From: an uncultured Gammaproteobacteria bacterium
Lineage (GTDB): Bacteria > Patescibacteriota > Microgenomatia > UBA1406 > HO2-37-13b
DNA: 43,864 nt
Assembly: GCA_964413645.1 (NCBI GenBank)
Contig: CAYPSA010000008.1
Coordinates: 1-43,864, forward strand
Direction of reading: 5' to 3'
Shown: one piece after another, positions 8,953-18,554 of the stretch
Position numbering within the stretch: position 1 is the stretch's first letter
Layout: each line of letters starts with the position of its first letter
Notes under the pieces: model-generated
The model's input: the letters and a program-made list of their open reading frames with translations, nothing else
Databases searched by the model: none
What the model was told of the DNA's origin: nothing
Made by a program: the position numbers and the translations under genes

Positions 8953-10410
8953 GTTAGAAATAATATTGGATTATACGTTCTTATAGTCTTTTTCAGCATA
9001 CTTTTTTTCTTCCATTTCAATTATAGCACCCTTTCTTCGTGGGATGAAGCATGGTACGGAGTAATCGCGCGCGACATGCTGGCACGAGGAGATTTTTTAC
9101 GAATGCAATTTAATACGCTACCCTTCTTCGATCATCCTCCAGCAGGATTTTGGTTTATGGCACTTTCATATAAGCTCTTGGGTGTTTCTGAATTCTCCAC
9201 GCGACTTCCAAGTGTACTATTTGGAATAGGATCGATCGCTCTCACGTATCTCGTAAGCCTGCAGCTTTTTCGCAATAAAACGCAAGCATTTGTAGCAGCG
9301 CTAATTCTTGGAACATGTGTGTGGTATGTACTGAGGGTACGATCAGGAAACCTGGACTCACCATTCGTATTCTTTTATCTACTTACTATCTACACCTCAA
9401 TTAGATCAAGAGTAGATATACGATGGTTTGTACCTGCCATGATTAGTTTTGCGTTCCTTTTTATGACGAAAACGCTCGTGGGAGCATCTGCAATTGTTCT
9501 TGTCTTACTTGCAAACAGTAATCACGTTATACAAGCGCTTAAAGCGCGCAGAGTCGAAAATGCACGCATCATTTTAATGGGAGTATTGGCTGCAGCTATA
9601 ATTATTCTTCCTTGGTACATAGTTCATTGGCTTTCATATCACAATTTTATTCAACATCATTTCGTAAATATTGGAACTCGCAACAAAACAATCACGTCAT
9701 ATTTTCAACTTAATGCTACTCAACCTTTGTTCTATTTACATATGGGAATTAGAAAGTGGTACTACTTATGGATTGGCGCATTGGGAATCATTTTTATTCG
9801 AGGTGCTTTCCTAAAAAAAAGAGTCGCTTTTTTACTCTTTTGGAACGCGCTTGTTTTATATCCATTTTTAACAACAACTCAAACACAGTTATGGCATTTA
9901 ATTCCAGTCTACATTCCAGTAGCGCTCATAACTGCATACGGATGGTTCCCATACGGTATTAAGTTACCAAAAAGTGTTGTATCAAGCATGTCAAAGATTT
10001 CATTTGTTCCCCCACTCAAAATCCGTGCACTTGCGTATTTAGGAGCTTTCATGCTCGTCGCATTTCTTCAAGTCAAAACATTCAAGTCCGAAATTATTCA
10101 AGCAGATACGTATATCCCCGATGACGTTGCAATTGCAAAAGCCGCACATTCGCTTCCTCAAAAAGTATTTTTAGACGATGACTTTTTACCAATGGCATTG
10201 TATTATGCTGATAGAGTGATATACCCTATTCGAGAATTACGGCATTATGGATATAAAATCGAAGATGAAACACTCATTTCTCTATTCAAATCTAATGAAA
10301 AAGACTTTGCGGTCATTACTCGCAAATGGGCAACCGGGAATTTAGACGCAGAGAAAATTCCGTATAAAATTATTAAAGAAAACAATTCGTTTGTAATAGT
10401 AACTCGATAA
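8932..10410 (+). CDS. GT-C fold glycosyltransferase (ArnT/GT39-like); start probably 8932
   Basis: SSWDEAWY, FDHPP, EFSTRLPS. Confidence 0.82.
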   Translation: MKFIISHVRNNIGLYVLIVFFSILFFFHFNYSTLSSWDEAWYGVIARDMLARGDFLRMQFNTLPFFDHPPAGFWFMALSYKLLGVSEFSTRLPSVLFGIGSIALTYLVSLQLFRNKTQAFVAALILGTCVWYVLRVRSGNLDSPFVFFYLLTIYTSIRSRVDIRWFVPAMISFAFLFMTKTLVGASAIVLVLLANSNHVIQALKARRVENARIILMGVLAAAIIILPWYIVHWLSYHNFIQHHFVNIGTRNKTITSYFQLNATQPLFYLHMGIRKWYYLWIGALGIIFIRGAFLKKRVAFLLFWNALVLYPFLTTTQTQLWHLIPVYIPVALITAYGWFPYGIKLPKSVVSSMSKISFVPPLKIRALAYLGAFMLVAFLQVKTFKSEIIQADTYIPDDVAIAKAAHSLPQKVFLDDDFLPMALYYADRVIYPIRELRHYGYKIEDETLISLFKSNEKDFAVITRKWATGNLDAEKIPYKIIKENNSFVIVTR

Positions 10411-10411
10411 T

Positions 10412-11518
10412 ATGATAACCATTTTTCTAATCTTACTTTCACTCTTTGGTCTATATTCATATGCGCTCATTGATCCAAACATTACATTAATCTCCCATCC
10501 TGTATGGACAAATTTCAGAAATGTCATGGTACAGCTTGGATACCATCAAAGAGCAACTTCGTCGTTATATTTTATAGTGCTTGTTTCAGTTTTGGGAGTA
10601 ATTAACTATTTTGCAACTAAAGATTACAAACGGATTAACGTACTAAAGCTTGCGTTAGGAGCATCGCTTATATCCCTCCTAAGTTACCCATTCCTATCCC
10701 ATGATCTGTTCAACTATCTATTTGATGCAAAAATTCTTACCTTCTATCACCAAAACCCCTACCTTCATAAGGCGATCAATTTCCCTGCCGATCCGTGGCT
10801 TCGGTTCATGCATTGGACTATTAGAGTTTACCCTTACGGCCCAACCTTCTTACCGATAACGCTTGTTCCGTCATTTTTTGCTTTTGGAAAATTTATTTTG
10901 AATTTGTGGTTTTTCAAAATAATGTTTGCTTCATTTTATTTTCTTGCCGTTTACTATCTTAATAAAATAGATAAAAAGATAGCGGTATTTTTTGCAACCC
11001 AACCGCTCATTATTATTGAAGGACTCATTAATTCTCATAATGATCTACTTGCAGTTTCTTTGGGAATTGTGGGAGTGTATTATTTTCTTAACAATATTCC
11101 AAAGAAAACAGTTCTCATGGTGGTCCTATCAGCTGGTATCAAATATCTCACGGCACCACTTCTATTATTGGCAATACCTGCTCAAAGCGAAACATTAAGA
11201 AAGAGGTTGACGATGATTTCTTTCGTCGCAACGCTTTTTCTTATTCTATTCATCTCATACACATCCGAAATTCAGCCATGGTACTTTTTAAACCTTCTCA
11301 TTTTTTTGCCGTTTTATAAAGGACTTCTCATGGACTTTTCATTATTCTTTTCAGGAATAGTTCTGGCGTACTATCCATTCATAAGATACGGTGATTGGAC
11401 AACTCAAACGATTACACAAAAGCACTCAATTATTTGGTTTTTTTTCATAGTCAATCTTATTTATTATCTGTGGAAAAAAAGAGGTACAATATCATATGTC
11501 AGCACACGCAGCTCATGA
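10412..11518 (+). CDS. GT-C membrane glycosyltransferase, MptA/MptB-like
   Basis: SHDLFNY..NPY, DPW..W..YPYGP, HNDLL. Confidence 0.6.
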   Translation: MITIFLILLSLFGLYSYALIDPNITLISHPVWTNFRNVMVQLGYHQRATSSLYFIVLVSVLGVINYFATKDYKRINVLKLALGASLISLLSYPFLSHDLFNYLFDAKILTFYHQNPYLHKAINFPADPWLRFMHWTIRVYPYGPTFLPITLVPSFFAFGKFILNLWFFKIMFASFYFLAVYYLNKIDKKIAVFFATQPLIIIEGLINSHNDLLAVSLGIVGVYYFLNNIPKKTVLMVVLSAGIKYLTAPLLLLAIPAQSETLRKRLTMISFVATLFLILFISYTSEIQPWYFLNLLIFLPFYKGLLMDFSLFFSGIVLAYYPFIRYGDWTTQTITQKHSIIWFFFIVNLIYYLWKKRGTISYVSTRSS

Positions 11519-11990
11519 TTCGGGCGGAGGCACCGATTACACCAACCTTTTACTTATTTTACTTCTCATTGCCACGTTTATTTACTTTGTAAGCAAGTTA
11601 ACTGTACAACCCAACAAAAATGTTGTGGGAGAAACATCAGTCAAACACGTAATTCCTACTGCCACAACACCTCGTTCTGAAGTGCTCTTTTATACAACTC
11701 AATATGGCGATACTATTGAAGCAATAGGAAAAGCATTTAAGATTTCGCAGGAAACTATTAGGAGAGTTAATGAAATTCCCGATGATGAAGAAGTTGAGTC
11801 AGGAGTCAAACTCACCATTTTGCCAGTTTCGGGCTATATGCATAAAGTAGTCGAGGCTGAAACGGTGTACACGATTGCAAGTAAATACAAAGTCGATCCT
11901 ATGAGTATTGTAAACTATCCATTTAATTCATTTAAAAATCCCAATACTTTTGAACTCGAAGTCGATCAGACACTAATTGTGCCAGAATAA
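11496..11990 (+). CDS. Membrane-anchored LysM-domain protein (two LysM)
   Basis: YTTQYGDTIEAIGKAF..I.RVN and HKVVEAETVYTIASKY; N-terminal TM. Confidence 0.85.
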   Translation: MSAHAAHDSGGGTDYTNLLLILLLIATFIYFVSKLTVQPNKNVVGETSVKHVIPTATTPRSEVLFYTTQYGDTIEAIGKAFKISQETIRRVNEIPDDEEVESGVKLTILPVSGYMHKVVEAETVYTIASKYKVDPMSIVNYPFNSFKNPNTFELEVDQTLIVPE

Positions 11991-12821
11991 ATTCTTCAGC
12001 AAATGAAGTTTAGTACGCAATGGAGCGTAAGCCAATCCGAATTTTAATCTATTTTTATCCTGATATTTAGTGTGAATACTTGAGCCTGCTCCGTCGGTAG
12101 ATTGCGCATTCTTATGCCATAGTGTTACTTGAGGAGTATACTTGAGCTGAATCCCGGCTTTCTTTGCCCTCACACACCAATCTGCATCTTCATAATATAA
12201 AAAGTACGATTCATCCCAAAATCCTACTGTATTCAAAACGCTTTTATCAAAAAACATCAAACAACCTGTTAGAAAGTCTACGTTTTTCTCTTCATTAAAT
12301 TGTCCTTCATCAACCTCATCGACTCCGATATGTGAAGTAATCACATGGTTCCAGTCAATTTTTCCTCCGGCAAACCAAAGGACATTACCCAAATCGCTTG
12401 GGGAGTATTTTTCCTTATGGTATTCAAAGCCCTTTGCATAATATATTTTCCCACCTCCAATTGTTTTTGGATTGCTGTTGAGAAATGATTGGATCGATTC
12501 GACAAAATACTCTTCAAAATACGTATCGCTATTCATTACACAGAATTTTTCAATACCGTCTTCAAGTGCTTTTTTTAAGCCAACATTTACCCCATGAGCA
12601 TAGCCTTTATTTTGTGAGTGGAGCAATTGAATCTTTGAGATTCCATCAGAATCCAGTGAAGTTTTCTTTACGAGCCCCCGGAGCTCGTAATCCGGCTCCT
12701 CCGTAAGATCTACTACATACAGCTTAAACTGTGTATTTTTCTGCTTTAGAATACTCTGCATGAAGTCTTCAAGTACCGTATAATTCTTATATACCACCGT
12801 TATGATTGCAAACTTGGCCAT
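11973..12821 (-). CDS. GT2 glycosyltransferase (WbbL-like)
   Basis: NKGYAHGVNVG, MNSD, FLTGC, YYEDADWC. Confidence 0.88.
   Translation of the reverse strand: MAKFAIITVVYKNYTVLEDFMQSILKQKNTQFKLYVVDLTEEPDYELRGLVKKTSLDSDGISKIQLLHSQNKGYAHGVNVGLKKALEDGIEKFCVMNSDTYFEEYFVESIQSFLNSNPKTIGGGKIYYAKGFEYHKEKYSPSDLGNVLWFAGGKIDWNHVITSHIGVDEVDEGQFNEEKNVDFLTGCLMFFDKSVLNTVGFWDESYFLYYEDADWCVRAKKAGIQLKYTPQVTLWHKNAQSTDGAGSSIHTKYQDKNRLKFGLAYAPLRTKLHLLKNLFWHN
12668..12690. repeat. REP-like family B copy within the GT2 coding sequence
   Basis: Identical to 1368-1390; translated as YELRGLVK. Confidence 0.85.
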
Positions 12822-14525
12822 ATGATCGATTATATCAAAAAATATGCCGCGTTATTTTTACTCATCCTTATTTCGTTTGTCGCATACATGTTGACCATAG
12901 TACCAAGCGGGAGCAATTACTGTTTTAATGAAGTATGCGGACTTTTTTTCTGGGGTGCCCACGGACACGATGCAATTTGGCATTTAGCAATCGTAGCGAC
13001 ATCATTTACCGATTTTCCTTTCGTAGCCCCTACATTTTCAGGCGCACAGCTTTCTGGGTACAATTTTTTTCTTGATATCGTTATCTTTGTATTTTCTAAA
13101 CTTGGAATCCCCGCTCTTATTACGTACTTTAAGGTTCTTCCATTAATGTGGTTTACACTCTTTACCGCGCTCATTATTAAACTCGGACGCAAACTGCATG
13201 ATTCGAGTCTATTCGTTGGGCTTCTTCTTTTTTTCATGTATTTTTCTGGCTCTTTTTCGTATTTCATTACACTATTAAAAGATAAAACTATCGAAGGATC
13301 GGGAGCGTTACTGGCAATGCAGTCGCTTCTTACGCTTACCAACGTGCAATTCGGATTTTCTCTCTGCATTCTCCTGTACATACTGATTAAGATTAAGGAG
13401 AATAAGAGCGATACGCGCGCGTCACTCATCTTAAGTCTCCTCGTTGCTCTCAACATCGCGCTTAAGTTCTACGGAGGAGTAATTAGTTTATTTATAGTTG
13501 GTACATATTTCTTTTTGCAGTCGGCGAAGGAGAGAAAACTGGGCTCGTTCATAACTCGATTCGGCCTACTAGGTGGACTTGCAGCACTTTCCGTATTACT
13601 TTTTTATAATCCTTTCGCCCCTACAACCGGCGGCGCGATTATGACGTTTAAACCACTTGCTACCGTGTATCCGCTTATCGAGGATCCGAATCTACTGTAC
13701 ATGCCCGACAAAGTGAACGCAAAATACTTTCTTGAAAATTCTGGAAAGTTCAGTCCACGCCTTTTGCTTATTCAACTCCAAGTCATTTCCCTCTTCTTAC
13801 TTCTCAATTTTGGAACCCGCTTACTCGGACTCTTTTATATTCTCAAATTAATAATAAAGAGGGAATTTACTACATTTCATTTCCTCATCACGATAACGAT
13901 AATCTTCGCCATGTTTTTAAATATGTTTTTTGTTCAAAAAGGACAGTGGTGGAATACCGTTCAATTCAGTTACTATGCATTTTTTCTAGCCAACATTTTT
14001 ACCGCAAGCGCGCTTTACGAGTTGATCAAGAAATTTAAACGCGGGGGAATCATCGTTGCATTTTTCATAATGCTCCTTAGTATTCCATCATCTATCGACA
14101 TTTTTAAAACGTTCGTACAGTTCCCTGCGCACTCGTATATTCCGAAAGAGGAGTTGCAAGCCCTCGAATTCCTCAAAACTCTGCCGCAAGGAGTTGTCTT
14201 CAACCCTCTTCCAAACAAGCAAATTAGCAGTCTTATTACTCAAGTGCCAATTCCCCTTTCGCATATGAACGACAATGCGTACATTGCGGCATTTTCAGGC
14301 AAACAACAATATATTGCCGATGAAGTTCAGCTACAGTTAACGGGAGTCGACTACGAGGAGCGTATGAAGAAGAGCTTAGACTGGAATTGCGAAGTACTTA
14401 ATGAAGTCGATTATCTCTATGAACTTACATCGCGTCCACTCGCCCACCTGGAAGGTTGCCAAGGGCACATCGAACAAATCTTTCAGAATAAGACGGTGAC
14501 TATCTATACAGTCAATCCAAAGTAA
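12822..14525 (+). CDS. Multi-TM membrane protein, probable GT-C glycosyltransferase
   Basis: HGHDAIWH first-loop acidic motif, many TM helices, soluble C-terminus; cluster context. Confidence 0.6.
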   Translation: MIDYIKKYAALFLLILISFVAYMLTIVPSGSNYCFNEVCGLFFWGAHGHDAIWHLAIVATSFTDFPFVAPTFSGAQLSGYNFFLDIVIFVFSKLGIPALITYFKVLPLMWFTLFTALIIKLGRKLHDSSLFVGLLLFFMYFSGSFSYFITLLKDKTIEGSGALLAMQSLLTLTNVQFGFSLCILLYILIKIKENKSDTRASLILSLLVALNIALKFYGGVISLFIVGTYFFLQSAKERKLGSFITRFGLLGGLAALSVLLFYNPFAPTTGGAIMTFKPLATVYPLIEDPNLLYMPDKVNAKYFLENSGKFSPRLLLIQLQVISLFLLLNFGTRLLGLFYILKLIIKREFTTFHFLITITIIFAMFLNMFFVQKGQWWNTVQFSYYAFFLANIFTASALYELIKKFKRGGIIVAFFIMLLSIPSSIDIFKTFVQFPAHSYIPKEELQALEFLKTLPQGVVFNPLPNKQISSLITQVPIPLSHMNDNAYIAAFSGKQQYIADEVQLQLTGVDYEERMKKSLDWNCEVLNEVDYLYELTSRPLAHLEGCQGHIEQIFQNKTVTIYTVNPK

Positions 14526-15099
14526 TTTCACTCACACTCAACCAGTATTTCCCTTCAATTCGTGCAGCATCTTGTTTATTCTTCATGTCAAAATACCCAT
14601 TCGCTTTTACCATTTCAGAAACCGGCTTTACAAACATAATTCTCACTTTATTCCCTGAGCGTAGCATTGAATATGAACTATCGCCAGATCCTTCTTCATA
14701 ATCCTTAAAACCCTCATCTTTTACTGTTGCCGCTAAATCTCCTGGATTCACAAGTGCTTCCAAGCTATTAAACTTTCCGGATTCGTAAATTAAAAAGGCA
14801 CTTGCAGTTGCTTCAGGTAGGAGCGTTATAGAGAGTTCTTTTGCCTTTTGCTCGGTCAATTCTTTTCCAAACCCATTTGGCTCAAACGTAAACGACCCCG
14901 GGTAATAGAATTCGCGAAATTTCCAGAACGTTTGACCCTCAATAGCTTTAGCATCAACGACAGTCTGCCTGAATTCCTTCCACATTGCCTGTCGCTTAAA
15001 TGGGAACAGATACGCAGAAAGTTTTGGTTGCGTAAACACAAATAATCCCAGAATAACGATCCCAACAATCAGCGCATATTTTCTCTCTATATTTTTCAT
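14512..15099 (-). CDS. Hypothetical protein with an N-terminal membrane anchor
   Basis: 195-aa ORF, single TM, TATACT 9 nt upstream of ATG. Confidence 0.7.
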   Translation of the reverse strand: MKNIERKYALIVGIVILGLFVFTQPKLSAYLFPFKRQAMWKEFRQTVVDAKAIEGQTFWKFREFYYPGSFTFEPNGFGKELTEQKAKELSITLLPEATASAFLIYESGKFNSLEALVNPGDLAATVKDEGFKDYEEGSGDSSYSMLRSGNKVRIMFVKPVSEMVKANGYFDMKNKQDAARIEGKYWLSVSEITLD

Positions 15100-15325
15100 T
15101 CTGTATGTAGTATATAATTGTTTTTAAGAATTTGAAAGTCAATGATTTGCTTTTAAGATAAATGGGGGTGAAGAGATTGCAAGTGGCCTTTGGCAGCGTG
15201 TAGAGCCAGCAAGCGACGATCGATTGCGGGCTATGCCGGCATGAGTAAGGAGCGAGCGACGCTGAGCATGTTGAAGCGAGGCGAGTCCGCTGACAGGACA
15301 CTGCAATCACGAACAACCAATACAT

Positions 15326-17014
15326 ATGTTCAAAGAAAAAATCGATAAAATCTACATCTCGCTGATTGTCCTTATTTCCGCGCTCCTCGTTTTTGACCTC
15401 TTTTTTAACCAAGGCCACAGTGCTCACATGGACGGACGCGTACATATTACCACCATAACTCAATTCTATCGTGCCATGCTTTCGGGCGACTTAAAGCCCA
15501 CGTGGTCAAATTGGTTTGCAAATTACGGCATGCCGGTTCCCATGGTCGCCCATCAACTTATTTCTTACTTAGGAGCATGGATTACGCTTATTACCAATAA
15601 CACCATAACTTCCTGGAAAATCGTCGCGCTCATTGCAACTGTCTTATCAAATGTTATTTTCTATCGATTCCTTAGAATATATTTTGTCCCGCTTGCTTCA
15701 TTCGTAGCGGTCTTTTTATATAATGTTGCACCCTACCGAATCCTAAATCTTTATATCCGCGAAGCATTGCCCGAATTTTTTGCGTCGGTATTTTTCCCCC
15801 TTGTTCTCATGGCGCTCTACTACCTAATAAAGGAACGAAAACTGTGGGCAATTCCATTTTTAACAATTGCCATGGCAGGTCTAGCATTAAGCCACCCCAT
15901 GATGTTAGTCGTTTCAATGTTTATCGTTGTTCCTTACTTTTTCTTCTTATTAAAAGATGAAAAAGATAAAATCCGACCCTTTTTACTCTCGGGATTCCTC
16001 ATGATATGGGGACTTCTCATGGCTGCCTACTATTTACTGCCGCTACAAATTGAAATCAAATATTTTTATTACGGTCGGGGAAATCATTTAACTCCCGGAC
16101 AAACACTTCATCTGAATAATTTTATCGATCCAAATTGGTATTACTATTTAGAACGAGATATTTTAAATCGCGGGCATTTTGTAACACCAGGATTATTCGA
16201 AGTTATTATTGTCGCAGTAGGAGTATTGTTCATATTAGGGAGAGTTCTTCGAAGTAAAAAATGGAAACCCGATCTTCTCGATTTAACCGTTCTTGTAAGC
16301 CTTGTAACGCTCATTTTCACTACAGACTATGCCCTCATTTTTTATCAAAAAATAAACTTACTCAGTAATATTCAGTTTCCTTGGAGAATGTTGTCGCTTT
16401 TCATATTTTTACCTCCTATCATAGTTGCGTATTTACTCAATAAAACATCAAACAGAGTTATGTATTTTGCAGCATTTTGTCTTATTACCTTTTTCGCTAT
16501 TACGCGCTTTCCACAGCTATATAGCAAAAACAATACCAATCATCCGTTTAGTCGCTATCTATTCACCGTGGTCAATCTCCATTCCACCAACATGAACACC
16601 GTATGGACCGGGGAGACAGTCGATTATCCAGTTCATCCAGAAAAAGTTGGCATTATTGGGGGCACTGGAAAAGTCGTAAAGAGCGAACTATCAAATTCCT
16701 GGAGAAAGTATACAGTAGAGAATAAAACAGAAACAAGAATGGTCGATTACACCTTTTACTTTCCGGGGTGGAAAGTCTGGGTCGACGGTCAACCTGTCGA
16801 TATTCAATTCCAAGACCCTGATTATCGAGGTGTAATCACCTATAACGTTCCTGCAGGCAAGCATGATATTTACCTCAAATTCACCAATACAAAAGTTCGA
16901 ACAGTAGGAAATAGCATTTCTGTCGCAGCCTTCTTGGGATTTATTCTTGCATATTACTTAGAAAAGAAGTTTCATTTGTTGAATAAATACCTACATTATC
17001 CAAAACTGAACTAA
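15326..17014 (+). CDS. 6-pyruvoyl-tetrahydropterin synthase-related membrane protein (GT-C/YfhO-like)
   Basis: HMDG..H, NYGMP, YIREALPEF, IQFPWR, FYFPGWKVWVDG. Confidence 0.75.
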   Translation: MFKEKIDKIYISLIVLISALLVFDLFFNQGHSAHMDGRVHITTITQFYRAMLSGDLKPTWSNWFANYGMPVPMVAHQLISYLGAWITLITNNTITSWKIVALIATVLSNVIFYRFLRIYFVPLASFVAVFLYNVAPYRILNLYIREALPEFFASVFFPLVLMALYYLIKERKLWAIPFLTIAMAGLALSHPMMLVVSMFIVVPYFFFLLKDEKDKIRPFLLSGFLMIWGLLMAAYYLLPLQIEIKYFYYGRGNHLTPGQTLHLNNFIDPNWYYYLERDILNRGHFVTPGLFEVIIVAVGVLFILGRVLRSKKWKPDLLDLTVLVSLVTLIFTTDYALIFYQKINLLSNIQFPWRMLSLFIFLPPIIVAYLLNKTSNRVMYFAAFCLITFFAITRFPQLYSKNNTNHPFSRYLFTVVNLHSTNMNTVWTGETVDYPVHPEKVGIIGGTGKVVKSELSNSWRKYTVENKTETRMVDYTFYFPGWKVWVDGQPVDIQFQDPDYRGVITYNVPAGKHDIYLKFTNTKVRTVGNSISVAAFLGFILAYYLEKKFHLLNKYLHYPKLN

Positions 17015-17091
17015 GTCCACTCTCCCACCTTCATATCTGATATCTTGTGATATAATTGAACATTACTTAGCCCGCCACAGCATTCCAAACT

Positions 17092-18405
17092 ATGCCTCTA
17101 GAATCTCATCCAGTCCCACATCAATATTCCGAAGGTTATCCAGAATTCCAAAAAGGAATTTCGAAAGAAGGTATGGAGTTACTTTTGGCAGGTGCAGGAA
17201 ATAATGAGATAAAAGCTCTAATTGTATGCGTTATGGAAACGGGTATTTGGACACCTCCTGAAATTTCAAAACGACTGCATGAATTACGCGGCGAAGATTC
17301 TGAAAGATGGCCTATGGATAATTTAGTTCAAGTTCATTTAGATACTTTAGCTGGAGTTGGTTTCTTAGATAGAGAGCTTATTGATACGACAACTGGAAGG
17401 TCTAACGGATATGAGCTTACTGAATTTGGAAAAAAATATGGAATTCCATTTGCAAGCGCCATGCTTGAATTTTCATTAGCCCATCCTCACGTATCCTTGC
17501 GGGATATGCTAGGAAGTGCAGCATCAGTTGTACCAGCATATGAACGAGTAGTAGAAGGTGAGACGGTTTTAATGAAAAAAAGAGGTCCAAGCAGTAGGCT
17601 CGAAATATATCGGGCACTTCTAACTGCAACTTTACCTGTTAGTCAGGTGCAAATACATCACGACCTGAAAGCGCCTGAAGATTCGCTTATTGCTCAGCTA
17701 CAAAATCTTGGTGCCAATCATATAATTACACGAAAAACAGACGGAGTGAGGACGATGTATAGAATCAACTCAAATAAACTAAGAACTGAAAGACAGACGC
17801 CTTTAGGATTAACACAATCTGTGATCGATTTTCTTTATTTAGCGAATGGATATGCTTCAATCGATCAAATTTGCAGTGGTATATACGACGAATTTGGAGA
17901 TTATTATCAGCATGATCCAGCAAGATTACGAACAGCAGTAACGCAAACTATTCAAAGACAACTTTTACAAGGCACGGTTGAAACAGGATTACTTAACAAA
18001 AAAGATGGATTTGCACAAATTAGTCTTACGCCCCAACAGCGCGCTACTATTTATAATCTTGTATCAACAGTCTACGAATTTCAAAGTGCATCAGATCAAG
18101 ATCTTCGAGATAAAGCATATAGAGGTAAACTACTATTAGCACAACCCGTAAGTATCTCGACACTCATCGATAAGCTAAGAAGTAGTTCTTCACATGCGAA
18201 CACTCTTACCAGCGCACAAAAAGGTAGTTTCATTATAGAAGCCCTTAAACTCTTAGGTGAACCAGTTTCCACAACTCATATTCATGAGGTTGTAAGCGGC
18301 TTACTGGGGAGATCGATTTCAAATAGAGTAATTCAAGAAACACTTAAAATATTATTAGAATCAGGAACGGTAAAGACAGCACAGGGTCATTACTGGCTTG
18401 AATAG
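17092..18405 (+). CDS. Hypothetical soluble protein with about four winged-helix-like segments
   Basis: Repeated helix-turn-helix plus wing patterns; own TGA-TATAAT promoter at 17048-17056. Confidence 0.55.
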   Translation: MPLESHPVPHQYSEGYPEFQKGISKEGMELLLAGAGNNEIKALIVCVMETGIWTPPEISKRLHELRGEDSERWPMDNLVQVHLDTLAGVGFLDRELIDTTTGRSNGYELTEFGKKYGIPFASAMLEFSLAHPHVSLRDMLGSAASVVPAYERVVEGETVLMKKRGPSSRLEIYRALLTATLPVSQVQIHHDLKAPEDSLIAQLQNLGANHIITRKTDGVRTMYRINSNKLRTERQTPLGLTQSVIDFLYLANGYASIDQICSGIYDEFGDYYQHDPARLRTAVTQTIQRQLLQGTVETGLLNKKDGFAQISLTPQQRATIYNLVSTVYEFQSASDQDLRDKAYRGKLLLAQPVSISTLIDKLRSSSSHANTLTSAQKGSFIIEALKLLGEPVSTTHIHEVVSGLLGRSISNRVIQETLKILLESGTVKTAQGHYWLE

Positions 18406-18554
18406 TATCAATAAAAGTTCTCCAACTTCAAGAATTGACAATCCCAAACGCGATAAAAACTATGGGGAAGGCTCCTAACCTAATTTATTAAGCCACCTGT
18501 CTCATCTGACTGGAATGCCGGTTCTGAGCAGATCTCTCAATAGCACTTAGCTCC

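Noticed and set aside
2313-9820. A8 homopolymers as phase-variation tracts in GT genes
   Set aside because: Runs of 8 or fewer are expected at this AT content, and all ORFs are intact.
12917-13456. Long antisense ORF (also 14996-15463, 27404-27778, 35579-35914, 35939-36394, 40559-40885)
   Set aside because: Shadow frames of well-supported genes or tRNAs, with no recognisable motifs.
15163-15185. GGGGGTGAA resembling a tmRNA 5' end
   Set aside because: No GATTCGAC/CTCGAC continuation and no tRNA-like 3' end nearby.
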